Of a stretch of DNA of 64,000 nt, positions 41,192 through 51,482 are shown piece after piece. The notes beneath the pieces are model-generated. The model did no database searches, was not told the DNA's origin, and saw only the letters and a list, made by a program, of their open reading frames with translations. A program made the translations under genes and the position numbers. Numbering within the stretch: position 1 is the stretch's first letter; each line of letters opens with the position of its first letter. This DNA is from Spirochaetia bacterium (GTDB taxonomy: Bacteria > Spirochaetota > Spirochaetia > CADAEX01), in NCBI GenBank assembly GCA_963662265.2, contig CAXXHA010000011.1, positions 32,001 through 96,000 of the forward strand, written 5' to 3'.

Positions 41192-42171
41192 TGGAAGGGG
41201 AAAATATAAAAAATTACAGGCTGGAAGATATTGCAGAAATATTTGCATCTCTTAAAAAAGAGCTTGGTAAGGTTATTATCGGGCAGGATAAAGTCATAGA
41301 AAACCTTCTGATTGCACTGTTTGCCGGGGGGCATATTCTTATCGAGGGTATTCCCGGACTTGGAAAGACGCTTCTCGCATCAAGCCTTGCCTATATTGTC
41401 AACGGGAGCTATAAGAGGGTCCAGTTTACCCCGGACCTGATGCCTTCAGATATTATAGGGACAACTGTTTACAATTCCGAGAAAAACAGTTTTTCTGTGA
41501 AAAAAGGACCTGTATTTACAAATCTGCTGCTTGCAGATGAAATCAACCGGGCTCCCGCAAAGACGCAGTCTGCACTGCTGCAGGCTATGCAGGAAAAAGA
41601 GGTTACTATTGACGGAAAAGACTATGAGCTTGATAGTTTTTTCACATGTCTTGCAACACAGAATCCCATTGAGATGGAAGGCACCTATCCCCTTCCTGAA
41701 GCCCAGATAGACCGTTTTTTCATGAAAATACATATTGAATACCCCTCTCTTAAAGATGAAAGAGAGATCCTGAAGAAATACAGAAGCGGCTTTGACCATG
41801 AAAACCTTGAAACTACAGGCCTGGGAAGGATAATTGACAGGGAGGATATTCCAGCTGTCAGGAAAGTTCTTAATACTGTGAAAGTCGAAGACAGGATTAT
41901 CGATTACATTACAAGCCTTGTCTCTGCAAGCAGGAATCACCAGGGAATAGATGTCGGAGCTTCACCCAGGGGGTCTGTGGACCTGTTCAGGGCCTGCCGT
42001 GTCGCAGCTGCAGCTTCGGGCAGGGATTTTGTGATTCCCGATGATGTAAAATCAATTGCTTTCCCTGTCCTCCGTCACAGGATAATGCTTAATGTGGAAG
42101 CTGAATTTGAAGGAATAAAGGCTGATGAATATCTTCAGAAAATAATCGATTCAGTTGAAGTACCGAGATGA
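41188..42171 (+). CDS. moxR: MoxR family AAA+ ATPase
   Basis: GIPGLGKT, RVQFTPDLMPSD, LADEINRAPAKTQSALL, ATQNPIEMEGTYPLPEAQIDRF. Confidence 0.95.
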   Translation: MMEGENIKNYRLEDIAEIFASLKKELGKVIIGQDKVIENLLIALFAGGHILIEGIPGLGKTLLASSLAYIVNGSYKRVQFTPDLMPSDIIGTTVYNSEKNSFSVKKGPVFTNLLLADEINRAPAKTQSALLQAMQEKEVTIDGKDYELDSFFTCLATQNPIEMEGTYPLPEAQIDRFFMKIHIEYPSLKDEREILKKYRSGFDHENLETTGLGRIIDREDIPAVRKVLNTVKVEDRIIDYITSLVSASRNHQGIDVGASPRGSVDLFRACRVAAAASGRDFVIPDDVKSIAFPVLRHRIMLNVEAEFEGIKADEYLQKIIDSVEVPR

Positions 42172-43490
42172 AGTTTGTTCCGGTTCCTGCAGGGAGACTG
42201 ATATATCTACTTTTAATACCGGTTTCAATGATTCTGTTTTCAGTATTAATCCCTGTAAATGTAAATATAATTATCCTGACAGATTTATTAATTCTTGTTT
42301 TTGCCGCAGCTGACCTTATCAATGGATATGAAAACCGGTTTTTAGATATCTCAACTGAACCTGACAAGGTTTTCTATATAAACCACCCTGATGAAATCAG
42401 TATTGAAATTATTTCAGGGAATAAAAATGATTTTAATGCTGAAATAAATTTCGACCTTCCCCGGTTCTGGTCGGCAGATGAAGGGGTGAGGGAATATTTA
42501 ATCAGAAGAAACCAGTCAACTTTTTTGAAATACCGCCTGACAGCTAAAAGACGGGGGAGGTACCTGTTTAAGACTGTTCATTTAAGATTCAAATCCCGGT
42601 TTAAATTGTTCAGGTTCTACGGAAGAGCCAGTCTTAATACCCAGGTATCTGTATATCCTGATTACAGGCAGCTCAAGGAATATTTCCTCCTGAACAGGAG
42701 CAACCGTTTGTTTGAAATGGGTATTCATAAAAACCGTTACCGGGGCCACGGCACGGAAATGGAATCGCTCAGGGAATATACAAAGGATGATGATGCAAGG
42801 TTTATAGAGTGGAAAGCTTCATCAAGGTTAAACAGGCCTGTTACAAAAGTATTTGAGATGGAATCAACAAATGATATAGTTTTTGTCCTTGATTGCGGGA
42901 GGCTTATGACTTCCGAGGAAAATAATCTCTCATCGCTGGATCATGCAGTGCAGGCGCTTCTTGTGCTGTCAAATGCTGCTGTATCAATGGGCGACAGGAT
43001 CCGGGTAGTGGCTTTTTCAGATAGAATAATCGGGGATTATTCTCCCCCCAGGTACGGAAATCCCATGAAAAAAATCATTAATTTCATAACACCGATCCAG
43101 GCTGAATTTACCGAATCAAACTATTCTCTTGTTTTTTCCCATCTGCAAAACTCGATAAAAAAGAGGTCTCTTGTGATTCTTGTAAGTGATTTGATAGATG
43201 ATATTAATTACAATCTTTTCCGGAATAACCTGATGCTTCTTGCCAGGAGAAATGCAGTCCTTTTTCTTCTTCTGAGGGACAGCCTTCTTCAGGAGGCTGC
43301 TGACAGTAGCGCAGATACAATGGGTGATATATATAATGTGACTGCAGCAAGGTCTATGTTTATAAACAGAAGCAAGGCTCTTTTTAAATTGAAGCAGACC
43401 GGAATTACTGTTCTTGATCTTCTTCCCTGCCAGGTTACTGCAAAGCTTGTCGATAAATATATGCAGATGAAAGCTGATAACAGAATTTAA
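42168..43490 (+). CDS. DUF58 / VWA-like protein
   Basis: RRGRY, GTEMESLREY..DD.RFIEWKASSR, LDCGRLM, KRSLVILVSD. Confidence 0.9.
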   Translation: MKFVPVPAGRLIYLLLIPVSMILFSVLIPVNVNIIILTDLLILVFAAADLINGYENRFLDISTEPDKVFYINHPDEISIEIISGNKNDFNAEINFDLPRFWSADEGVREYLIRRNQSTFLKYRLTAKRRGRYLFKTVHLRFKSRFKLFRFYGRASLNTQVSVYPDYRQLKEYFLLNRSNRLFEMGIHKNRYRGHGTEMESLREYTKDDDARFIEWKASSRLNRPVTKVFEMESTNDIVFVLDCGRLMTSEENNLSSLDHAVQALLVLSNAAVSMGDRIRVVAFSDRIIGDYSPPRYGNPMKKIINFITPIQAEFTESNYSLVFSHLQNSIKKRSLVILVSDLIDDINYNLFRNNLMLLARRNAVLFLLLRDSLLQEAADSSADTMGDIYNVTAARSMFINRSKALFKLKQTGITVLDLLPCQVTAKLVDKYMQMKADNRI

Positions 43491-43566
43491 CAAAAGTATA
43501 GTATTTTAAATCCTTTTTTTTCAATAAAATAATATTATACTGATATATACAGTGAATAATATTATA

Positions 43567-43600
43567 ATGGAAATAAATATGGAAATAAATATGGAAATAA
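43567..43600 (+). repeat. 12-bp tandem repeat (ATGGAAATAAAT) x ~2.8 at the nagD start
   Basis: Read directly; translates as MEIN-MEIN-MEI. Confidence 0.85.
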
Positions 43601-44373
43601 TAAGAAATAAGAAAGCTTTTATCTGTGATATGGATGGTGTTATCTACCATGGAAACCGTATCCTCCCGGGAGTTCACGAATTTGTTGAATGGCTCCAGAA
43701 AAAATATAAAAAATACCTGTTTCTGACAAACAGCAGCTCAAAAACTCCCAGGGAGCTTAGAGAGAAAATGCTCCGCCTGGGACTTGATATCGGTGAAGAA
43801 CATTTCTATACAAGCGCACTTGCCACTGCGGAGTTTCTCTCGACACAGAAGAAAAACGGAAGTGTCTATGTTGTAGGTGATGCGGGAATTTACAATGCCC
43901 TCTATAATGCCGGTTTTTCTGTTAATGATACAAATCCCGATTATGTTGTTGTAAGTGAGACTGATAATTACAACTTCGCAACTCTTCAGAAAGCTGTAGA
44001 GCTTGTAATGAACGGGGCAAAACTGATAGGTACAAATCCGGACCTTTCAGATCCTTCAGAAAAGGGGATAATTCCTGCAACCGGTTCTCTTATTGCTCCA
44101 ATAGAGCTTACAACAGGCAGCAAGGCATATTTTATAGGAAAGCCAAATCCCCTGATGATGAGGACTGCCCTAAAAATACTGAGTACACAGAGAGAGGATA
44201 CAGTAATTATAGGGGACAGGATGGAAACAGATATAATAGCAGGGATGGAATCTGAGATTACAACTGCGCTTGTTTTGAGCGGAGTAACATCAGAGTCTGA
44301 TCTTAGTAAATTTGCATACTGTCCGGATTATGTATTGAACGGGGTTGGCGATATTCCTGAATTGTCATTTTAG
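43591..44373 (+). CDS. nagD: HAD-IIA phosphatase, NagD-like
   Basis: DMDGVIYHG, LTNSS, TNPD, IGKPNPLMMR, IGDRMETDI, LVLSGVT. Confidence 0.88.
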   Translation: MEIIRNKKAFICDMDGVIYHGNRILPGVHEFVEWLQKKYKKYLFLTNSSSKTPRELREKMLRLGLDIGEEHFYTSALATAEFLSTQKKNGSVYVVGDAGIYNALYNAGFSVNDTNPDYVVVSETDNYNFATLQKAVELVMNGAKLIGTNPDLSDPSEKGIIPATGSLIAPIELTTGSKAYFIGKPNPLMMRTALKILSTQREDTVIIGDRMETDIIAGMESEITTALVLSGVTSESDLSKFAYCPDYVLNGVGDIPELSF

Positions 44374-44500
44374 TATAAAATTGAAATTGGAACTATTTAT
44401 TTAAATTAAACAAGTTATACTGTATTATTTGAAATAATCAAAAAAGTGAAATATTCTTTATTATATATTGAGAGTTTATATATAAATTAAAGAAATAATA

Positions 44501-45322
44501 ATGGATCTGATCATGTATAAAAAAATAATACTGTTGTTCGTAATTTTCAATTCAATATATGCTCAGGGAAGTGAGTTGAAAATTGCGTTAATGGAAGCTC
44601 CTCTGCTTACAGAAAGTAAAAACAGTAGTGGGCTTGGATATGGTATTATTTCTGACATAATTAAAAATGCCTGCAATTATGGGGGGCTGGAATATTCTCC
44701 TGTTTTTTATCCATTAAAAAGAGCAGGAGTTAAATTTGAAAATGATGATATACCTTTTATATTGGGGGTTGTCGGGAAAAAACCAGTTGATTCAGAAAAA
44801 TCAGAAGATAATTATCTATATTTGCCATGTTATAAAGTTATTTCATCTTTTTATTATTACAAACCAAACTGGAACCGGAAAAATCGATACAAAGAATATT
44901 CAGATTTAAAAGATATCAGGATCGGGATTCCACGGGGATTGCATTTAAAAAAAACATTTGAAGAAGCTGGAATTATTGTGGAAGAATATAATAATCCAGA
45001 ATTTGCTACAAAAATGCTTATTTCCGGAAGAATTGAATTATTGTTTCAAATAGATTTTATACAGATAAATATTATAAATAATAAATATAAAAAATATAAA
45101 GATAATTTTAACAAGCTGAAACATATTTATTCAAAGTCTGTTCTTGGATTGATTTATAAATCAAACAATAAAATTGCTGCTGTTGCGGCAGATAAATTTC
45201 ATGATGGATTATTGAAAATTGTTGAAAATGGAAAATATATGGAAATATTGAAAAGGTATTATTCACCTGAAAAAGTTCCCCAACATCATGCGGATTTTTT
45301 ACAGAATTTATTACGTAAATAG
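44501..45322 (+). CDS. family-3 (amino-acid-type) periplasmic binding protein, orphan
   Basis: Signal peptide, GIISDII, YPLKRA, DLKDIRIGIPRG, MLISGRIE, NGKYMEILKRY; very AT-rich. Confidence 0.78.
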   Translation: MDLIMYKKIILLFVIFNSIYAQGSELKIALMEAPLLTESKNSSGLGYGIISDIIKNACNYGGLEYSPVFYPLKRAGVKFENDDIPFILGVVGKKPVDSEKSEDNYLYLPCYKVISSFYYYKPNWNRKNRYKEYSDLKDIRIGIPRGLHLKKTFEEAGIIVEEYNNPEFATKMLISGRIELLFQIDFIQINIINNKYKKYKDNFNKLKHIYSKSVLGLIYKSNNKIAAVAADKFHDGLLKIVENGKYMEILKRYYSPEKVPQHHADFLQNLLRK

Positions 45323-45526
45323 TAAAGATAAAAAATGGTTAAGATCAAAAAAAGTTAATGATCAGGATGTTTTGAACTATATTATTTCCTGAATATTAGA
45401 AAAAATATAGAATTAATTATCAAAACAGTTGAAATATTAAATTCGTCAAGAGAATTCATTATTTTTATGTTGAATAATGGTAATTCACTTTATCAAAAAC
45501 TATAATTATTTGAGGATTTTTTTGTT

Positions 45527-46363
45527 GTGATTTATAAAATCAGGAAGACTGTATTGATGAATAGTGTTTTCAATCTACTGTTTATTGTAGTGATATTATT
45601 AGTTTCTTCAGAAATTTATGCAGATGAAAAACTTATAATAGTCGGAGAATCCTGGCCTCCCTATTATTATGTTGATGAAGGTAAAATATCCGGAATTGAT
45701 GTTGATGTGGCAGGACAAATATTCAGTAAACTGGGTGTTAAACATGAATTCAGGATTTATCCCTGGAAGAGGTGCTGGCATATGCTTGTATACGGCAAAG
45801 CAGATGTCGGAATTTCTGTTTCTGATCAGCCGGATCGTAGCAGATATGTCTATTATCCTGAAAATGAAGTATGGAATGCAGATTATGCTGCATTTGCCAA
45901 AAGAAAAACAATCAGAGAATATGAAATAAATTCACTTAATGATATCAAAAATAAGAAACTGAAGGTGGGGATTGTTGACGGTAATTCATATTATCCCGGT
46001 TTCTGGGAAGTTTTTGAATCACCCGGCCATATGGCTGGAAAATATAACCCGCTTCTGGATTCCGCAACTACTGTTGAGCAGAATTTCAGGAAACTTGAAG
46101 CCGGCCGGATAGATATATTTATAATACCTGAAACAGTCGGGCTTTACTTGCTTAAAAAGCTGGGGCTTAAATCAAGTATTTCAAATTACAGGAAAATAAT
46201 TTTTTCCAAATCTTATCCGAACGTTTTTTCGAAAAAATCCGGGTTTGAAAACAGAAATTATAAAGATATTACAGAGTTAATGGGGGCGTATGACGAAGAA
46301 CTTGAAATTTTCAAGAAAACTGACGAATTTAAATTCATTTTTGAAAAGTATATTTCAGATTGA
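45527..46363 (+). CDS. family-3 periplasmic binding protein, orphan
   Basis: WPPY..GIDVDV, YPWKRC, GKAD, KLEAGRIDIF, IFEKY. Confidence 0.82.
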   Translation: MIYKIRKTVLMNSVFNLLFIVVILLVSSEIYADEKLIIVGESWPPYYYVDEGKISGIDVDVAGQIFSKLGVKHEFRIYPWKRCWHMLVYGKADVGISVSDQPDRSRYVYYPENEVWNADYAAFAKRKTIREYEINSLNDIKNKKLKVGIVDGNSYYPGFWEVFESPGHMAGKYNPLLDSATTVEQNFRKLEAGRIDIFIIPETVGLYLLKKLGLKSSISNYRKIIFSKSYPNVFSKKSGFENRNYKDITELMGAYDEELEIFKKTDEFKFIFEKYISD

Positions 46364-46441
46364 AGTATAAAAAGATAGTAATTAATATTTTTTATGATAA
46401 GCTGTTAACATATAATTAAGTTTTATTAACAGAGCGGGTCT

Positions 46442-46472
46442 AATACACCGCAGCTTGCGGCGGAATAGTTGA
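46442..46472. repeat. degenerate GC-rich hairpin resembling IS200/IS605-end or REP-type palindromes
   Basis: AATACACCGCAGC-TT-GCGGCGGAATAGTTGA in an AT-rich spacer. It resembles the recalled ATACCCCGCAGCTTGCTGCGGGGTAGTTCA hairpin; no transposase in the window. Confidence 0.4.
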
Positions 46473-46508
46473 TTATATTTCATTAAAAGAAAAAAATCGG
46501 GGTATATT

Positions 46509-47351
46509 ATGACAGGTAAAATAAAATATATAATTATTCTTATAATTTCAGTTTTGCTGCTGAGCAGCTGTTTCGATGTTGAAACTGAAATTACTGTTAA
46601 AAAAGACGGAAGCGGCATAATCATGCAGAAGGTGCTTTTTTCACAGATGCTTGTTGCCCAGATGTCCGGTCTTGCAGCGAGTTTCGGTGCTGAAGAGGAG
46701 GAAAACAGCTCGTTAAGCATGTATGATGAGGAAAAACTGAAATCAGAGGCATCTTCATACGGTGAGGGAGTCGAGTTTTTATCAGGCCGGGAAATAACTG
46801 AAGGTGAAAAAGCCGGTTACGAAGTGAAGTACAGCTTTGATGATATAAGAACACTCAGGATAAACAGCAATCCTTCAGCAGTTCTGGATATGCCGCAGCA
46901 GGAAGAGGGAGAACCTGATCTTTTCAGCTTTGAATTCTCTGATAAGGGGAAGTCCTCCATTCTTACTGTAATAATGGCAGAGCCTGAGTCAGAAGAAAAT
47001 GTTTCAGAAGAACTTGCTGCTGATTATCCCTCTGAGCAGGAAACAGATATTGAAAATTCAGAAGTTGATGATCAGACAATGAGCATCATGAAGCAGATGT
47101 TTTCAGGAATGAAATTCAGTTATAGAATTAAAATAGACGGTAAAATAACAGATACAGATGCGGATAATGTCGATGGCCAGGTTATTACACTCATTGAAAT
47201 GGATTTTGACAAGCTTCTTGAAAATCCTGATTCTTTTAATGAACTTGAAAATCTTCAGGGAGATAATTCTGATGAAGCTGTTAAGGCTATGAAGGATATG
47301 GAAGGGGTCAAGGTGGAGCTTAAAGACAGGATAAAAATAACTTACAGATAA
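46509..47351 (+). CDS. lipoprotein (LppM/DUF3153-like N-terminus)
   Basis: Lipobox LLSSC followed by ITVKKDGSG; acidic. Confidence 0.75.
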   Translation: MTGKIKYIIILIISVLLLSSCFDVETEITVKKDGSGIIMQKVLFSQMLVAQMSGLAASFGAEEEENSSLSMYDEEKLKSEASSYGEGVEFLSGREITEGEKAGYEVKYSFDDIRTLRINSNPSAVLDMPQQEEGEPDLFSFEFSDKGKSSILTVIMAEPESEENVSEELAADYPSEQETDIENSEVDDQTMSIMKQMFSGMKFSYRIKIDGKITDTDADNVDGQVITLIEMDFDKLLENPDSFNELENLQGDNSDEAVKAMKDMEGVKVELKDRIKITYR

Positions 47352-47386
47352 ATAATTAAAATATTATATAAATCAGTATTTCTTAC

Positions 47387-47423
47387 AAGCCATGAATTCT
47401 TCTGAATGCATGGCTTTCTTTTT
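47387..47423 (+). terminator. rho-independent terminator
   Basis: AAGCCATGaATTC-ttct-GAATgCATGGCTT followed by TCTTTTT. Confidence 0.7.
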
Positions 47424-47566
47424 AATCAGCTTTTCTTTCTTCCTGATTTTTGCGTTTTATTACAAAGATAAATGAAAATATACAGGTTTACTACATGTCT
47501 GATAAATATCTTAATGAATAAATACCGTTATATATGTGGTTAGGCATATTAAAACCGTACATATAT

Positions 47567-47595
47567 TTGACCAAAAAGCTTTTAAATGGTAAGAT
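47567..47595 (+). promoter_or_regulatory. sigma70 promoter
   Basis: TTGACC-N17-TAAGAT with extended -10 TG. Confidence 0.6.
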
Positions 47596-47634
47596 TTAAG
47601 AACTTGTAAATAATAAATGTTAGGAGATATTAGT

Positions 47635-49443
47635 ATGGTTCAGCGAGTAAGTTCTGATATGGCTCTTGTCAATACCGGGAAACCGGAACTTTTCAGGGAA
47701 CAGTTCCCTTATTCCCAGGTACCTTTGATTTTATTTGATGAAAAATCAGTACCAATGTCTCCTCCGGAAAATATATGGATTACAGATACAACTTTCAGGG
47801 ACGGCCAGCAGGCCCGTCCTCCGTATAAGCCTGAGCAGATTATACATATATTTGACCTTCTCCACCGGCTGGGCGGTGAGAACGGCATTATAAGGCAGAG
47901 TGAATTCTTTTTGTACAGTGAAAGGGACAGGGAAGCTGTGGAAGCCTGTATTGACAGGAAGTATTCCTATCCGGAAGTTACCGGGTGGATAAGGGCACAT
48001 GAGGAAGATTTCAAGCTTGTAAAGAATTTCGGCCTGAAAGAAACCGGAATTCTCACATCTGTTTCTGATTATCATATCTATATAAAGCTAAAGAGCGACC
48101 GTAAAAAAGTCCTTGAAAAATATCTTCAGATAGTCAGAAAGTCTCTTGAAGAGGGAATTATCCCCCGCTGCCATTTTGAGGATGTGACAAGGGCTGATAT
48201 TTACGGTTTCTGCCTCCCTTTTGCCCGGGAGCTTCTGAAGCTTTCACAGGAAAGCGGAATACCTGTCAAAATAAGGCTATGCGATACCATGGGATACGGC
48301 ATATCATACCCGGGAGCTGTACTTCCGAGGAGTGTTCCAAAAATCATACATGCTTTTCATAAAGAGCTTGGATACCCTTCAGAACTTCTTGAATGGCATG
48401 GTCATAATGATTTTCACAAGGTACTGATCAACGGTACTACTGCATGGCTTTACGGCTGTTCTTCACTCAATGCATCGCTTTTCGGATATGGAGAGAGGAC
48501 AGGTAATCCCCCTCTCGAAGGCGCTGTAATGGAATATATAGGAATAAGGGGAAGTTCGGACGGTATTGATACCAGGGTAATTACAGAGCTAGCTGAATAT
48601 TTTGAAAGAGAGATAAAGGCGCCCATACCTACCAATTATCCTTTTGCCGGAGCTGATTTCAACACTACAAGAGCCGGTATCCATGCCGACGGCCTTCTCA
48701 AGAATGAAGAGATATATAATATATTTGATACTGCGAAAATACTTGACCGGCCTCTTCGGGTTATGGTTACAGATAAATCGGGAATGGCTGGTATAGCACG
48801 CTGGCTCAATGAAAATATCGCGGGAATAGTGGACGGAAGCAAGGAAATGCTTACGAAACGGCACCCGGGAGTAAAGTATATATATGAATGGGTAATGGAA
48901 CAGTATGAGCAGGGAAGGACAACCAGTATTTCGTCCGAGGAAATTCTCTACAGGGCACGTCACTATATCCCCTCATTGTTTGAATCTGATTTTGAGAGGG
49001 CAAAAAAAGGGGCTCTTGCCCTTGCAGAGCGGTTTGCTGAACAGCTTTCACAGTCTCCTGAAATATCATCCGGAGACAGCGGGGAACTTGAAAACTATCT
49101 CAAGAAGATTATCGCCCGTGAGCCTTTCATACATCTTATTGCTGTTACTGACACAGAAGGGCACAGGATTGTTCCGCTCCAGACACAGAGAGGAGAAAAG
49201 GGCAAGTTCCGCCGCCTAAGCAGAAAGGATTTCAACAACAAGGAATGGTTCAAGAATGTTCTGACAAAAGGGGAAATATACCAGTCAGATCTCTTTTTCT
49301 CCGAATACACAGGCAAGCTGATTATGACAACAGCGCTTCCATTGATGAACAGGGAAGGTAAGCTTTACGGGGTTCTTGATGTTGATTTTAAATTTGAAGA
49401 AGTTGTAAAACTGATTGATGATCTTCCTGTGAAGGATATCTGA
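47635..49443 (+). CDS. DRE-TIM (HMGL-like) Re-citrate synthase-like enzyme with C-terminal Cache/PDC-like domain
   Basis: DTTFRDGQQ, CHFEDVTRAD, CDTMG, EWHGHNDF, GERTGN, AGIHADG; C-terminal KEWFKN..SDLFFSEYTGKLIMT..GVLDVD. Confidence 0.8.
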   Translation: MVQRVSSDMALVNTGKPELFREQFPYSQVPLILFDEKSVPMSPPENIWITDTTFRDGQQARPPYKPEQIIHIFDLLHRLGGENGIIRQSEFFLYSERDREAVEACIDRKYSYPEVTGWIRAHEEDFKLVKNFGLKETGILTSVSDYHIYIKLKSDRKKVLEKYLQIVRKSLEEGIIPRCHFEDVTRADIYGFCLPFARELLKLSQESGIPVKIRLCDTMGYGISYPGAVLPRSVPKIIHAFHKELGYPSELLEWHGHNDFHKVLINGTTAWLYGCSSLNASLFGYGERTGNPPLEGAVMEYIGIRGSSDGIDTRVITELAEYFEREIKAPIPTNYPFAGADFNTTRAGIHADGLLKNEEIYNIFDTAKILDRPLRVMVTDKSGMAGIARWLNENIAGIVDGSKEMLTKRHPGVKYIYEWVMEQYEQGRTTSISSEEILYRARHYIPSLFESDFERAKKGALALAERFAEQLSQSPEISSGDSGELENYLKKIIAREPFIHLIAVTDTEGHRIVPLQTQRGEKGKFRRLSRKDFNNKEWFKNVLTKGEIYQSDLFFSEYTGKLIMTTALPLMNREGKLYGVLDVDFKFEEVVKLIDDLPVKDI

Positions 49444-49546
49444 AAGGGATATAACTGCTGAAATTACATAAATAACTTTAATTATATATTTAATCATTGT
49501 TGAGGATTCTTGACTGCCATATTATAAAAAGGTAGCTTAACTCATA

Positions 49547-51482
49547 ATGAAATTCTCATACAAACTGATTATTGTCCTGCTGTCAGTCTCAATATCTGCT
49601 GTTGTTCTTTTCAGCATAGCTAATTACAACAACAGCTCAAAATATATTCTGACACTTGAAAAAAAACAATCTGTCTGAAAAAAGCCTCATTATACAGAAG
49701 CAGATGGACCATTATCTGAGTCAGTCTGCAAATTTTATATTCGGTCTCGGTACAAACCCGAGAATACTGAACTTTCTTTCAGACAGGAGTTATGAAAAAA
49801 CTGATGAGATTAATTTTCTACTGGATAAAATACAAAATTTCAACAGTGATGAATATTCAGCTATTTTTCTGATAGATAAGTCAGGGTTCTGCAGGGCTTC
49901 AACTGACAGGAGATTTATCGGAACAGATTACAGTTTCAGGCTGTATTACCAGAATGTTATTGATAAACGCAATAACCTGTTTGTTTCTGATTATTCAATC
50001 GGTTTGAGAAGCCTTATTCCCGGAATCTTTTTTTCCATACCGCTTGAAGATGATAACGGTTTTTTCACAGGAGTGCTTGTTGTCAAGATAAGCGGCAATT
50101 ATCTCCAGGAAAAGATTGATGAGCTTAATAATTTTGAAAAATCAATAATGTTCAGTGATGAGGATATCGAGAATATTAAGCTTTTCAAAAATATTGACAT
50201 ACCTGATTTAAATCCGGAAGCATTTATTATAAACCAGGACGGAATAATCATAATGCATCCTGATCCGGGACGTCTTTTTCACAGTATTACTGATCTTTCG
50301 CCTGATACAGTAAACAGGCTCCGAGAAAGCCAGCAGTTTCTCGGACGAAAGATAACAAGTCTTGATGAACCGGTACTCGGACAGCTCCACAGGGAGGCTC
50401 TGCAGGCCCAGAAGCCGATGACATCTGTATATAGGAATGAAAAGGAGGCAAGCTGGCATGTTCTTGCCCTTGCACCGCTTGAGAATAACAGGTGGTGTAT
50501 AGGTGTAAGCATGAGTTATGATGAATTCCTCCTGTCTTCGCATGAACTCCTGGTAAAAACTGTTGTAATAAGTATTATAGTCCTGATAGCAGTTCTTGCA
50601 GCAGCCCTTTATCTCTCACAGGTAATTACACGTCCTATGAACTATCTTATGATGATAATCTCCGATGCTATGAATAAAAACTGGAGCATCAGATTTAAAT
50701 CTGATAATAATGATGAATTTTCATTTCTTGGAGAGAGATTTAATGAACTGATGGATATTATTGAGGACTATTCGATGAACATGGAGCAGCAGGTCAGGGA
50801 AAGGACAGAAGAGGTAATTAATCTCCAGAGAGAAAATACACGCCTTAGAATAATGGAAGAAAAAGAAAGGCTTTACCGCGACCTTCATGATTCCCTCGGC
50901 GCACGGCTTACAAATATTAATATCTGCAATAATGTTGCAAAATCGATTATTCATAATGATATGTCCCGTACGGAAGAAATGCTTGTAAGGATTGATGCAA
51001 ACTGTGAACAGGCGATTGAGGATATGAAAAACCTTTTATCCGAGGGTGCTTCTGAAATGTTTAATGAGGAACTTTTCGGCCCCAAGATGGTTGAGAGATT
51101 CAGAAAAAGGCTCTCTCTCCAGAATATTGAACTGAAAACTAAAATACCTGACAGAAATGATTTTCCTCCACTCAGCAAAGAGATATATCATGAATTAAAC
51201 ATGATTCTTGAAGAATTGATAACGAATGTGTTAAAACATGCATATGCCAAAAAAATACGCCTCATTGTTTCCTTCAGGAAAAATGAAATGATCCTTGAAT
51301 TTACGGACAACGGTATTGGAATGAAGGAGAAAAGCATCGACAGGGGATACGGACTTGGTAATATTGAAAAAAGAACAGCCAGATTGAATTCTGAACTTAT
51401 TGTAAACACTCTACCCGGCAGGGGGACTTCATATTTAATTAAAATACCCCTGGAAAAAGCAGGAGCTGAAATAAATGAATAA
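49547..51482 (+). CDS. dCache-HAMP-HisKA_3 sensor histidine kinase (+1 frameshift in A8 near 49660)
   Basis: N-terminal TM in upstream frame, DYSFRLYYQ, HPD, DEFSFLGERFN, RLYRDLHDSLG, NVLKHA, DNGIG, GYGLGNI. Confidence 0.88.
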
